A stretch of DNA of 64,000 nucleotides, from contig JAAXWF010000001.1 in assembly GCA_013335095.1 (NCBI GenBank), positions 86,797 to 150,796 on the forward strand. The letters are read 5' to 3'. Positions 49,423 through 60,170 of this stretch are shown piece after piece. The first letter of the stretch is position 1, and each line of letters opens with the position of its first letter. The position numbers and the translations under genes were made by a program. This stretch comes from a candidate division WWE3 bacterium (GTDB lineage Bacteria; Patescibacteriota; 4484-211; GCA-002791395). Under the pieces are notes generated by a model that had not been told where the DNA came from, ran no database searches, and worked only from the letters and a program-made list of their open reading frames with translations.

Positions 49423-50236
49423 TTAATTCTCCGACAGCAATATAACGTTGATGATCAAATCCCGGTGGTATACAAGTCATAAGCGTTAACATTTTCTTAT
49501 TCGACGGTTGATTCGTAATAAATACATCCTTTGGAGTAACAACGCCAGTTTGGCTAATCTGATAAGTATACTCGGTTCCCATATAAATAACGCGTACGAC
49601 ATCGCCTGCCTTTATTTTTGGTAAATCAGTAAAAATAGATTCATAGTCATTTGATGCCAGTAGGGGTAACTTAGAGTGACCAAATAGGAATGAGTTCCCA
49701 TTTTGGCCCGGTAATGCAGATCCTTTTAGATGGGCGACGGCTCGAGTTAGTACCCGATCATAAATGTGTTCGTCTGTCCCATTCACATTCAGCTCAACTT
49801 TACGATTGTCGATTCCTAGCGCCGGGACAGATACGAAGACTTCACTATCAATCTTTTCTGAAAGTACGCTTCCAAGTGGTGATGAATCTTGCCGAAGAAT
49901 CGAAAGAGAGGAACCCGGGGTTGGTGAAGGTATCATTTTTGTCGGTGAAGGTGTTGATTTATTGGGGTTTAATAATAAATTTCCAAAGCCGGTACGAATA
50001 TCTATTGTTGTGCCATCCTCCGAATTCATCTGGACAGCAGAAATCACAGACGGAGTATCGACGGTAAATAACGCGGTGTTATCGAATTTCGGTAATGTAT
50101 TGCTCCATATGAAATAGATCCAACCCAAATATACTAATCCAACTCCCCCTACAGTTATCAGGGCAGCTCCTATCAAACGGGGAAAATGATATCTGTATTC
50201 AAGGACGATCGGTTCCATTCTGTTCGTCGTTTCCAC
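49403..50236 (-). CDS. Sortase
   Basis: TM; AHL.GSALPG..GN..LFGHS; F..L; LTLMTC.PPG...RY. Confidence 0.92.
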   Translation of the reverse strand: METTNRMEPIVLEYRYHFPRLIGAALITVGGVGLVYLGWIYFIWSNTLPKFDNTALFTVDTPSVISAVQMNSEDGTTIDIRTGFGNLLLNPNKSTPSPTKMIPSPTPGSSLSILRQDSSPLGSVLSEKIDSEVFVSVPALGIDNRKVELNVNGTDEHIYDRVLTRAVAHLKGSALPGQNGNSFLFGHSKLPLLASNDYESIFTDLPKIKAGDVVRVIYMGTEYTYQISQTGVVTPKDVFITNQPSNKKMLTLMTCIPPGFDHQRYIAVGELIKAVSL

Positions 50237-51146
50237 GGATCTGTCGGCGAACTAAGCTCCGCATTTCTTGATGCTTACGCCATTGATTTATTTTCTGAAT
50301 TACTATGTATGCTAATGCACTAAAAAATGCTACGACACCGACAATCAACAAATAAATCCAAATAGTTGTAGCCTGTTTTAAATAGACATCAACAGCAACC
50401 GAGGCATTTTTTATTTCAACGACATCTGTAACCTGTTTATAATAACCAACTTTATTAATTTCAACATAATATTGACCCGCGGGTACAAAAAACTGATATT
50501 GGCCAAAGACATCTGAGGTGTATGGGTTTCTCTGGTTATCAAATGTTTGAGCCGGCCAGACCTCCCAACGGCCATTGTTTAGCCAATACAAGGTAACTTC
50601 AACCCCTGCTAATATAGTATGTTCACTTAACGTTCTAACTTTACCCGAAAGCTGAACTAATGAATTGGGATCAACAGTGGCTGTTGTAGCAACCGTTGGA
50701 GTCGGGACCTCTTGAGTGCTTTGTTCTTGGGCATATACGCTGGTGGGCTTAAAATACGAAAAGATATCAATATTAAACGGCTGGGTAAAGGTTCGAAGTA
50801 ATATATATGCGCTTCCTGCAAGAATTAAACCAAAAATACTATATGTGATAGTTGCCCGGGCTTGTTCTTGTTGCCGTGTATCATCCTGAGCGGTGACATA
50901 CAGATATCCAGCATAAATCATAAATGCCAACGATGCTATAACGGCTGTTATAACTGACATATTAAACATATAAATTGCTAAAACGGGTAGTTGGCGAACC
51001 GCACACGATGGAACTAAAAGAGGATTCGCTAGTGAATCACAGGGTATACGAGTTGGATACGGCGTGGTTGCATGAACATGAGCAGGTACGACCAAAAATA
51101 CGGCTAAAATAACAAAGATAAAAATAGAATGCTTAATAAATCTCAT
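50199..51146 (-). CDS. Pilin-domain / carboxypeptidase-regulatory-like Ig domain fusion with C-terminal TM
   Basis: AG.LYVTA.DD..Q.EQARATITYSI.GL pilin; W..W.A....Q.NP.TSD..G.Y.F.VP.G.YY. Confidence 0.75.
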   Translation of the reverse strand: MRFIKHSIFIFVILAVFLVVPAHVHATTPYPTRIPCDSLANPLLVPSCAVRQLPVLAIYMFNMSVITAVIASLAFMIYAGYLYVTAQDDTRQQEQARATITYSIFGLILAGSAYILLRTFTQPFNIDIFSYFKPTSVYAQEQSTQEVPTPTVATTATVDPNSLVQLSGKVRTLSEHTILAGVEVTLYWLNNGRWEVWPAQTFDNQRNPYTSDVFGQYQFFVPAGQYYVEINKVGYYKQVTDVVEIKNASVAVDVYLKQATTIWIYLLIVGVVAFFSALAYIVIQKINQWRKHQEMRSLVRRQIRGNDEQNGTDRP

Positions 51147-51253
51147 AGTACGTCAAAATGCCCTATTACCACAAATACAATCCTAACATTGACAAATACG
51201 ACTGTCAACGGAATTTCCTGATAATATAAAGAAAATCCGATATTATTATTAAC

Positions 51254-51931
51254 ATGTCCTATGTAAAAACAACATTACTTATATTTGGTTGTGTCTCAAT
51301 AATAGCATTCACCTATCCCCATAATGTGAATGCGCTAGTCAATAGTAGTATCGAACCCGCACAGGCAACAGTACCTACAGATTCGCTATCTTCATTTAAA
51401 TTATCAATTATTCCAGAATACGAGTCGATTAATCGGATCTATTTGTTACTTCATTATTCTCCTACCTTAGTGGAAATTCAAAGCATTCAAACGGACAATA
51501 GCTTTATTGACTTTTGGTATCAAATACAAGTAAACAAGGTGGATGGCATAATTATTCTTGAGGGTGGTAAAGGACAGAGTAATCAAACTAAGTCCCCATA
51601 TCCAATCGCACAGTTCAACTTTATTCCTAAAAAAGAGGGTAAAATAGAATTTTCAATATCTCACACCAGTAAGATGTACGCTCAAAACGGAGATGAGCTT
51701 GGCGTAAGTTTTGATACGAAGGCTCTATATGCAGCAATAAAGCAAGAGATACTCACGCCAAGAATAAAAAACTCAGTGCAACCGACTAAATTAATAGAAA
51801 AAGTAGAGCCAAATATCTACCAGATTGAGAAACCCGTTGATTTTGCCCAATCGAACCTACACTATAGAAGTATTCTTTATACAGGCATAGTCGCATTCTT
51901 GATTGGATTGTTTATACTGAAAAAGACATGA
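51254..51931 (+). CDS. Cohesin-like domain surface protein with C-terminal TM
   Basis: Signal peptide, L.Y.P..V.I..I, IA.FNF..K..G. Confidence 0.65.
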   Translation: MSYVKTTLLIFGCVSIIAFTYPHNVNALVNSSIEPAQATVPTDSLSSFKLSIIPEYESINRIYLLLHYSPTLVEIQSIQTDNSFIDFWYQIQVNKVDGIIILEGGKGQSNQTKSPYPIAQFNFIPKKEGKIEFSISHTSKMYAQNGDELGVSFDTKALYAAIKQEILTPRIKNSVQPTKLIEKVEPNIYQIEKPVDFAQSNLHYRSILYTGIVAFLIGLFILKKT

Positions 51932-52338
51932 AAATCACATATAAAATTTTATTATCCTTTATTGCCCTAATATGTATTATCACCATGCCCATGCTGGTAT
52001 ATAGATCTAAATCAAATAAACAAACCCAAATCAGTGAACCTACATCGACCCCGTCACCCACACCAACGCCTCCATATTTATCCTATTTAGAGAGACAAGC
52101 AGATTATACAGGAACAGTAGAATCAGTTAAGCTGCCTAATGAAATCACACTAGCGGCTTTAAACCAAAGCAAGTTGGAACTTCAACTAGAACCCAATATT
52201 CCTATTTATATATCTAAAGAAATGTCCAGCGGTTCCCATGACATCACAGTAACAACAGTAAATGATATACAGATTGGGATGACTTTAAGCGTATACACGA
52301 AAGATCATAATATATTAGCGATCTTTATTACTAAATAA
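51928..52338 (+). CDS. Membrane-anchored protein with Pro/Thr linker
   Basis: TM, PTSTPSPTPTPP, G.V.SV...DI..G..L.V. Confidence 0.65.
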   Translation: MKITYKILLSFIALICIITMPMLVYRSKSNKQTQISEPTSTPSPTPTPPYLSYLERQADYTGTVESVKLPNEITLAALNQSKLELQLEPNIPIYISKEMSSGSHDITVTTVNDIQIGMTLSVYTKDHNILAIFITK

Positions 52339-52341
52339 TCT

Positions 52342-53220
52342 ATGGAAAATTTATCGGTGTGTATTGAAAAAACGTTAATATATTTTCGATTATTTAATTT
52401 TGCGCCTACGATAAACCAACTTTTTCGTTATCTCATAACTTCCCAACCGATACCCGAACAACTTCTTATTAGCAATCTACCTGCGTGCAGTAATGTCATT
52501 ACACAAGACAAGAGATATTACCTTAGCCGAAATAATATGGGGAATGAGATGCAAAACGAAACCAGATCATGGGAGCTCATAGCGTGCGCCCAGTCACAAA
52601 TGAAGACGATCTTTAACCTTATGCCTTTTATACATACTATCGCAATATCAGGTAGCACAGCGGCTTTAAATGCTGATGAATCAAGCGATATAGACATAAT
52701 GATTATTTGCCGTCCTGACGCAGGTTGGATTACCCGATTACTCTTAATACTAATCTTAACTATTCGTGGTCAAAGAATTCATTTAGGTGAAGATGGCAAT
52801 CGAAATTTGGGAAAGTATTGTGTTAATTTAATCATTGAAGATAATCCCATTACGTTATTAGCTGACCATCAAGATTTATACACGGCAAGCGAAATTGCCC
52901 ACCTTAAGGTGATAGCAAATCGAAATAATGGCTTTGAACACTTTTTATATGCGAATAGTTGGATGCAACAATATTTAGGAAATTCTTGGTCGCAACTTTC
53001 AAGTGAATGGGAATCCCCGAAAATAAAAGAAATAACGTCAAGATCTTTATTTCTTAAAACAATAAATAAACTATCACTTCTAATCCAACAACACATGTAT
53101 CAGGCAAAACATAAACGTCCTCTAACACTCTCAAAGACTTGGACAATTGACTATCGCACTAAAACATTACAGCTATTTGAAGATTCGTGGGAAATATGGG
53201 TTGATCAACGCCCAGCTTGA
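52342..53220 (+). CDS. Nucleotidyltransferase-domain protein
   Basis: ISGSTAA.NA..SSDIDIMII, CVN, DLYTA.E. Confidence 0.8.
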   Translation: MENLSVCIEKTLIYFRLFNFAPTINQLFRYLITSQPIPEQLLISNLPACSNVITQDKRYYLSRNNMGNEMQNETRSWELIACAQSQMKTIFNLMPFIHTIAISGSTAALNADESSDIDIMIICRPDAGWITRLLLILILTIRGQRIHLGEDGNRNLGKYCVNLIIEDNPITLLADHQDLYTASEIAHLKVIANRNNGFEHFLYANSWMQQYLGNSWSQLSSEWESPKIKEITSRSLFLKTINKLSLLIQQHMYQAKHKRPLTLSKTWTIDYRTKTLQLFEDSWEIWVDQRPA

Positions 53221-54563
53221 TCCAAAACTTGTTGAACAATACCCGCAGCCTGGTCCAATTCCTTCTGTACATCGGCACCCTTTGCTACGTTTTCGACCAT
53301 AGTCGAAAATGCCGATACGATTCTTTCATTTAACTCAGTATTATACGTACCCGATGCTAGATACCAGGTAGTGTAGCTATCGCCTTGGTTAACATAAGGC
53401 TGAGTGTAGGTCTCACCGGTCAACGTTGATGCTAAGTCCTTACGAGAATACGGCTCACCAAAAGGTCTAACCTGACTGGCCGCACGATATGCACTAGTCA
53501 TCTGCTCCTTATCAGATAACCATTTTAGGAATTTCCATGCCTCTTTTGAATTCGGAGATATCTTGGAAACTGATTCTACCCAATAATTTGCCCAATTCAC
53601 GCTCTCACTTGCAGAACTAACACTCGGAAGCTGCGGTGCTTCAGCAACACCAATTTGGAATTTTGGGTTCTTAGACAAGACTTCCAGAATACGGTGATTT
53701 GGTAAAAGTACCATACCTACATTTCCGGCGGCAAATTCAATGGTACTATTGCCAAATGTTGGATTCCAACTCTTCTCTGAAGTACCAAAGAGTGCATAAA
53801 AACTCGCCGCTTCAACACCTAAATTGCGGCCTTCTGGGGATATCGATTTATTAAAATTGACTTTACCTTTATCGTCTACAAATTTAACTCCATTCTGAGC
53901 GAACATTAAACCTAAAATATCAGCAAAGTAATCTATATTTGTCGCATACCCGAGTGCGGCGCCTGCTTGAGTTATCTCGCCCGAAGAGTTCTTTTTCGTG
54001 ATTCGACCGGCTATATCTCGAAATTCATTCCATGTTTTTGGCGGGGATGCAATACCTTCTTTATTAAAGATATCTTGGTTGTACACCAGAGCCACGCCAT
54101 CTACCATGAATGGGATGCCATAATAGCTATCTTTTTGCTTAAGGAATACTTTATTAACAGGATAGAACGTCTGTTCATACTGATCAGTAGTCATAACATC
54201 CTTCGGAATAGGTGCTAAGTTGTTCACCAGATACGGCAACCAACTCGCATGAATACGGATAATATCTGGAGCGCCTTCACTTCCGAGACGCGACTTAACT
54301 GTCTGGTAATGATTTTCTGGACTACGCTGCTGATACTCAATCGTTATATTAGGATTTTGACGTTGATATTCATCCAATAACGGCTGAATTACTTCCCGAG
54401 GCTCCCACATACCCCAGTATGTTAATGTTACTTGGCCATTATTGCTTCCACCCAAGAAGGGTAAGCGTTGAATAATATCTGACCTGACATTGGGAAATAT
54501 AAACCACCCTGCAACTCCAAGTAAAATAAGTCCTAGAGCCGCAAAAAGTACGATTTTGCGCAT
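53205..54563 (-). CDS. Extracellular solute-binding protein (sugar ABC type)
   Basis: LTYWG.WE, PDI, YGIP..D..ALVYN..F, PKTW.EF, AWKFLKWL. Confidence 0.9.
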   Translation of the reverse strand: MRKIVLFAALGLILLGVAGWFIFPNVRSDIIQRLPFLGGSNNGQVTLTYWGMWEPREVIQPLLDEYQRQNPNITIEYQQRSPENHYQTVKSRLGSEGAPDIIRIHASWLPYLVNNLAPIPKDVMTTDQYEQTFYPVNKVFLKQKDSYYGIPFMVDGVALVYNQDIFNKEGIASPPKTWNEFRDIAGRITKKNSSGEITQAGAALGYATNIDYFADILGLMFAQNGVKFVDDKGKVNFNKSISPEGRNLGVEAASFYALFGTSEKSWNPTFGNSTIEFAAGNVGMVLLPNHRILEVLSKNPKFQIGVAEAPQLPSVSSASESVNWANYWVESVSKISPNSKEAWKFLKWLSDKEQMTSAYRAASQVRPFGEPYSRKDLASTLTGETYTQPYVNQGDSYTTWYLASGTYNTELNERIVSAFSTMVENVAKGADVQKELDQAAGIVQQVLDQAGR

Positions 54564-54634
54564 ACCTGCAATAGTAGCACTATAACCTATATATGGTCAA
54601 TAAAATCCTCCATTAGTACGATACAATAAGAAAC

Positions 54635-55696
54635 ATGCATATTTTTACTACAGACCAAATTGTACCTTTTATAATAAGTTTTCTAATCTCATTATCATTC
54701 ACACCAATAATCAGATCTTTGGCAATTAGATTTAGCCTCGTCGATATGCCAGCACGCCCACACCCTGCGGTACTGCACTCTACACCAATACCTCGAGCAG
54801 GTGGCGTTGCTATGTACTTGTCATTTTTGATTTGCGCCCTATTATTTGCACGCTTTGATGCTTTATTAATTGGAATATTACTTGGAGGTGGGTTAAATGT
54901 CTTCGTCGGAACACTTGATGATAAATATGATATCTCTCCCTACATCCGACTAGGAACCCAAATAGTATCGGCAATCATTGCCATTATTGCTGGAGTATCA
55001 ATCTTCACGACAAACCCGTTTGGTCAAGGGATCTGGTATTTTGATCAAATAAAATTAGCATTTCCGTATATCGCAGGAGGAGAGATTGTGATTCCAGCAG
55101 ATATTATTCTTATATTTTGGATAGTCTGGCTCATGAATACCGCAAATTGGACAAAAGGAGTTAGCCAATTACCTGGAGTTGCGGTCATAGCCTTTCTCAC
55201 CATAACTGGCGTTGCGCTAACTTATCAAAGCGGAAACCCATATCAATTACAGACCGCCCTTTTATCTGCGATCTCGGCAGGTGCAGTATTAGCTTTCGTA
55301 CCATTCAACTTTCCGCCAGAAAAGATGTTCCCAGGATTTGGAGCGAGCACATGGATCGGATTTAATTTAGCCGTATTTTCAGTATTATCCGGAGGGAAAG
55401 TAATTGCACTTCTCATTGTATTGGCAATTCCTATCATTGATGCGCTACTCGTTGGATGCAAACGAATTTTAACCGGTCATAATCCATTCATTCATGATAG
55501 AGAGCATCTGTATCATTTTTTGCTTGATTCAGGATTTAGTAAACGACAAATTATATATTTCTATTGGATAACTGCAGCTATATTTGGTTTCGCAGCGGTC
55601 GCATTCTCTAGACCAGTTAAATACTTTACGATACTGCTTCTTACAATAATAATCTCAGTTTTCTTTGTATTCCTATATTACAAAAATAAAAAATAA
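54635..55696 (+). CDS. MraY/WecA family undecaprenyl-phosphate sugar-phosphate transferase
   Basis: PRAGG, G.LDDK, FNFPP..MF.G..G, DREHL.H. Confidence 0.9.
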   Translation: MHIFTTDQIVPFIISFLISLSFTPIIRSLAIRFSLVDMPARPHPAVLHSTPIPRAGGVAMYLSFLICALLFARFDALLIGILLGGGLNVFVGTLDDKYDISPYIRLGTQIVSAIIAIIAGVSIFTTNPFGQGIWYFDQIKLAFPYIAGGEIVIPADIILIFWIVWLMNTANWTKGVSQLPGVAVIAFLTITGVALTYQSGNPYQLQTALLSAISAGAVLAFVPFNFPPEKMFPGFGASTWIGFNLAVFSVLSGGKVIALLIVLAIPIIDALLVGCKRILTGHNPFIHDREHLYHFLLDSGFSKRQIIYFYWITAAIFGFAAVAFSRPVKYFTILLLTIIISVFFVFLYYKNKK

Positions 55697-55901
55697 AATA
55701 GGCGTTCAAAATCAATCCTTATACTAAATAATTCATCAAACTGAATTTCCTTAAATTAAGTATATCTTCACGCCAGAAGGTTACTTTTTATCTTTAATAG
55801 AATTAGAAGGTACAGTTGAAAAGATACTTTAAATTTCTTTAGGATTTAGCTTAAAAACACGCGCTCTATTAATGCCTGCATACGTCTCGAGATGATTATG
55901 A

Positions 55902-58900
55902 TCAATCGTCATCAAGCGCCTTATACTTTCGAGCCTCACGTAATATACCTGCCCGTTGTTCAGGATCAAGAGTATCTAGTCGGCGCAGGAACTCTGGCAA
56001 GCTGACTTTCTTTCCGGATGTGTTATCAGTTATTAAGTCCTTCAATGTGGCATCTCCAGCTTGACCATCAAGATGCTCCAAACCTGTACGTTTCTGGCCT
56101 GTCCTCTTATCGATCGCCAAATCTTGCTTGGATATCTTCTGATTCTGCATGTCAAAGATAGGTAGTGTTTGTGGCATTTGATCATGTACTGTTTCTGCCT
56201 TAGGTAGGTCAGCAAAATTAACATTTTTAATCTCAGGATGTTTATTGAGCCAGAGTCGGAATCTCTCGGCTTGTGCTTTTCGACGACCAATAACTGTAGT
56301 CTTATCTTGTGCTTTACGCTGAAGCATGCGCATACCTTCCTTACTACCAGCCTTAGAACCTCTCTTACCCGCTTCAAGGGCTTTATCTCGTGCAGTTTTA
56401 GCATCCTCAGCGGCCATTTGGAACTGCTCTGTCATAGCACCACCAGCTCCAAGAGTCGCAACACTAAATGCACGGCTACCGAAGTTTGATACTCCACGGC
56501 GCATTTTCTCTAATCGAGATGGAGGTACTAATTTATCCTGAGCATCTTGTTCGGCAGATTTTCGTGTTCGATAAGCTAAGCTGGCATTACGACGAGCAGC
56601 GGTATCCTTACTAAACTTAGCTGCAGCATTTGCTAATCCGGCCGCAGATGTCGGAATTGCCAAACCATCAACGTTTATCATCTTTTGAGGTAATTTGACA
56701 CCAAACCAAAGTGTAATCATCGCAATCAATGACGAGCCAAATCCAGCAAACATTGATTTTTCGTCAGCACCAATAGTTAGAAGTAATATGCCGACACAAA
56801 GAACAGCAGCAACAGCAGTCTGAACAAATGTTATACCAACGATAGCACTAAACCATTTAGAACGGAGACCATCAAACCAGGGCATGACACTGAATGCAAA
56901 TATTGCAGGGGCAACAATTACTGCGAGCCAAATAATCGCATATCGGGCAAAGAATAGTAATAGTAATAACATAACCTGCATAAAGATGATTCCGATGAAT
57001 ATGACCGCGAACAAAATAATACCGATCAGAGCGCCACCACCAGTTGCTGCAACTAATGACATGAGGCCCATGACTGCGGTAACAGCCGCTGAGGCAAAAC
57101 TACCCATAACCGCAACACCAGCACCTACACCAGCTACGCCCACGACAGCCTTATTTCCTGCAGCAGTAAATGACTGCTGTAAAATTTCTTGAGTGAATTG
57201 GAATAGAGCCATTGAGAGGAAGTTGTTTATATCCAATAATGCTTGGACGATTATCAAGCTGAAGTTAGCCAATACAACACCCATCAATAACTGAGGTAAT
57301 ATTACCGAAATATGCCACTGTTCAGGTTGATATCGCAATATCGTCATTACTCCGATAACGACAAAGATTAGAACAAATAATACGTTTACTACATTTCTAA
57401 TGATGTCGTAGATACTGATAATTGCTTGATCTTGTGTTAAAGCTCGTGTCTGAAGACCGTACTTGAAGATAGCACTCATGACACCAGGAACATGCTTAGC
57501 AAACTGATCACCAACGGCACAAGCTGCACCAGCAGCAAGTCCATTAATTTGAGCACCTATATCTAAATTTAGATTGATATCATTAGAGCTACCACCACCA
57601 GGAACCGCAATCGTGACCATCTTACCACTCTGATCATTAGCAACTTTGCGAGCAAATGCTTCACAATTAAACTCAAGGTCAATGGTTACCTGAGGAGGAC
57701 TGACAGTACCAGACGAGTCAATTGAAATACGACGCGATTGATTAACAGGCTGCCCATCGATATCTCCCTCAACTACTATTTCATAAGTATTTGTAGCAAT
57801 ACCAATATCGGTTAATGCATCACAATATATCGGAGCACCCGAAGCATCTGTACAGATTTGGCCGACCTGTGAGCCATCAACAGGAGCAGGCAAAGATACG
57901 ATAAAACTTCCAGATGCAGGAACAACACCTAATTGCCCATCCACTGTAGGTTCATCTGACAATAGATCCGTTCCATTTGATTGGAATAATATGCAGTCGT
58001 TTACGATGTCACATTGTACGGCAACATCATTAGTGACCTGATAAACATTGACATTAACACGTCCATCCACTTGAGACTGACCTGGGATCTTAACGGTAAC
58101 GCCCACTGGTGAGCGTAATCCAGGAGTCGCCGCAAGTGCACTTTGGGGAGTTGCAGCGTCTTTAATCCAGTTCAATAGTGCAAGATTATATGTATCGGGC
58201 CCCTTAGATGCAGTTTGCAGACCGCCGACATTCACGCGATGGAAAGAACCTTGAGCGTAATCAACAGATTCTAAGCCGGCATATTGGTTATATCGAACAA
58301 GTACATTGAGCCCTAGGTTACCACTTGCAGCAGCAGGCGCTCCAGGTCTCGTAATAGGCCGCAAGTCAGCAGGAGGAATGTGGACTTGCCCAATACGGTT
58401 TGTATAGTAGAGATTATTTTCTGCAGGGACATCGATGCCCTCAGACCCAACTTCAGCAACTGTTACCCGAGCACCTGGTGCATATTGTGTACCACCAGGA
58501 CCAGGCACATTAATTAACAAACCCTCATCAAATCCTTCATTACCGGTTGCAGATTCATGCGCAACAACATCGATTCGACGAGGTCCATCAGTCGATCTAA
58601 ACAATCCAGTCCCTGACGCTGCCCGGTCAAATCGAGATAGATCAGCAACACTATTATCTAATATAACAGTAACATCATCACTACGAGCGACAGTACCACT
58701 ACCTGCAACCATATTTGAACCGAATTGATAAATACCCCGAACAGCAATACCTTGATTTCCTGTACCTGTTGAAGGTAAGTATACATATCTAACATTTTGA
58801 TCATCATTATTTGAACCTGAATAATCAATGCCCAGATCACTTTCAACTAATAACCGAGCATTAGGCATACGAACAAGACTTGGGCCAGAAACCGTCAATT

Positions 58901-60143
58901 GTCGCGAGCTTAATAAACTACCAAATTCATTTGTAATAGTACCCCATACAATTAAACGATTATCAGGATATATAATTTGATACGAAGTTACTGGTGGAAC
59001 ATCTATATTCAACATTCGACGCCAGTCCGACGATTGTTCAAATGACATATCGTTCTCAACAACCCATACCTGTCCGACTCCATGGCTATGCGAATTCAAT
59101 GCAGACTGTCCATCCCAGTCAGAATATGAAGGGCTACTACTTTCACGTCTCCACACAATTATTTCATAAAATCCTTCTGGAGCAAAAGCCTGAAAAGAAA
59201 ATGTACTAGTTGTACTGCCATTTGCCGGATCTACAGATTCAACATTCCGGATTGCTCGTCCTTTGATAATTGGAAAGTCTAATACCCCAGCTAATTGCCC
59301 CGAAGCCGGGCCTGTAGTTGCCAGAGTCCGAGTTACCCGTTGAGCCCAGATTTCGTACTGACTACCACTAGGTTCCTTAGCACTAATACTTATACGAAGC
59401 GTGTCGTTTGGAACGACAGGAAATGTGTTTATGTTATTACTAATATCAAGTTCATTACGTGTTGTAACAAAGGCATGACGGACTGCTATTTGTTCAAAAT
59501 TGCGGCTAGCTCCAGTAACTTCGACCTGAGAATCTACAACCTTTACTTGACTATCGGGCAAATAGTTTGCTTTATAGGAGAACACATCTAGAATTTTATC
59601 GTCGTTCTCAGGCATTCTAAATGACCAATCGCGTTGTATCCCGCTAGAAGTACGGCAAGGATTTGTGGGTGTATCGGTAGTATCGTTTGCAGCGGGCGCA
59701 AATGAAGCGCTGGTACATTCGACACGGCTGACAGTACCGCCATTTAAAATAAAGGGAAAGTAAACACCATAATATGAACCAGCTGGCAATCCCTGGACTT
59801 GGAAACTGCCGTCTGTTCTAATCTGAGTACGTACCGCTAAGTTTGAATTTATCCAAGATTCACTCGTAAATACACCTTGCTCGTTAAACCCAGCCCAAAA
59901 GTCAAAGGTGAAAACGTATACAGGAAGCCCAGCCAGCTCAGCAAACGCCTGAGTAGGATCGTACGCTTCGCCAATGAAGGCAGGGATTATTCTTCCAGTG
60001 AAGATATCCGCATTGGTTGGTCGGTTTACCGCCTCGGCTGCCGGGGCTTGACTAAGTAGTACACAGGCTACTAATGCAATAGTCAAGGACCCCCCGACAA
60101 ACCTTAGCATTTTTCGTATATTCATCTTTCTCAACTCGCTCAT
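55902..60143 (-). CDS. Giant secreted-domain protein with a C-terminal VirB6/TrbL-like multi-TM region
   Basis: Signal peptide, about 800-aa beta-rich region, then IRNVVN.LF..I...LP.L...LANFS...D..N and R...W...P..F...P TM block; charged tail. Confidence 0.75.
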   Translation of the reverse strand: MSELRKMNIRKMLRFVGGSLTIALVACVLLSQAPAAEAVNRPTNADIFTGRIIPAFIGEAYDPTQAFAELAGLPVYVFTFDFWAGFNEQGVFTSESWINSNLAVRTQIRTDGSFQVQGLPAGSYYGVYFPFILNGGTVSRVECTSASFAPAANDTTDTPTNPCRTSSGIQRDWSFRMPENDDKILDVFSYKANYLPDSQVKVVDSQVEVTGASRNFEQIAVRHAFVTTRNELDISNNINTFPVVPNDTLRISISAKEPSGSQYEIWAQRVTRTLATTGPASGQLAGVLDFPIIKGRAIRNVESVDPANGSTTSTFSFQAFAPEGFYEIIVWRRESSSPSYSDWDGQSALNSHSHGVGQVWVVENDMSFEQSSDWRRMLNIDVPPVTSYQIIYPDNRLIVWGTITNEFGSLLSSRQLTVSGPSLVRMPNARLLVESDLGIDYSGSNNDDQNVRYVYLPSTGTGNQGIAVRGIYQFGSNMVAGSGTVARSDDVTVILDNSVADLSRFDRAASGTGLFRSTDGPRRIDVVAHESATGNEGFDEGLLINVPGPGGTQYAPGARVTVAEVGSEGIDVPAENNLYYTNRIGQVHIPPADLRPITRPGAPAAASGNLGLNVLVRYNQYAGLESVDYAQGSFHRVNVGGLQTASKGPDTYNLALLNWIKDAATPQSALAATPGLRSPVGVTVKIPGQSQVDGRVNVNVYQVTNDVAVQCDIVNDCILFQSNGTDLLSDEPTVDGQLGVVPASGSFIVSLPAPVDGSQVGQICTDASGAPIYCDALTDIGIATNTYEIVVEGDIDGQPVNQSRRISIDSSGTVSPPQVTIDLEFNCEAFARKVANDQSGKMVTIAVPGGGSSNDINLNLDIGAQINGLAAGAACAVGDQFAKHVPGVMSAIFKYGLQTRALTQDQAIISIYDIIRNVVNVLFVLIFVVIGVMTILRYQPEQWHISVILPQLLMGVVLANFSLIIVQALLDINNFLSMALFQFTQEILQQSFTAAGNKAVVGVAGVGAGVAVMGSFASAAVTAVMGLMSLVAATGGGALIGIILFAVIFIGIIFMQVMLLLLLFFARYAIIWLAVIVAPAIFAFSVMPWFDGLRSKWFSAIVGITFVQTAVAAVLCVGILLLTIGADEKSMFAGFGSSLIAMITLWFGVKLPQKMINVDGLAIPTSAAGLANAAAKFSKDTAARRNASLAYRTRKSAEQDAQDKLVPPSRLEKMRRGVSNFGSRAFSVATLGAGGAMTEQFQMAAEDAKTARDKALEAGKRGSKAGSKEGMRMLQRKAQDKTTVIGRRKAQAERFRLWLNKHPEIKNVNFADLPKAETVHDQMPQTLPIFDMQNQKISKQDLAIDKRTGQKRTGLEHLDGQAGDATLKDLITDNTSGKKVSLPEFLRRLDTLDPEQRAGILREARKYKALDDD

Positions 60144-60170
60144 TCCAAACTAAATCAACTACCCGTTTAT

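Noticed and set aside
51189-51208. TTGACA-N8-TGTCAA palindrome as an operator
   Set aside because: Explained equally well by -35 boxes in a divergent intergenic region; no second copy seen
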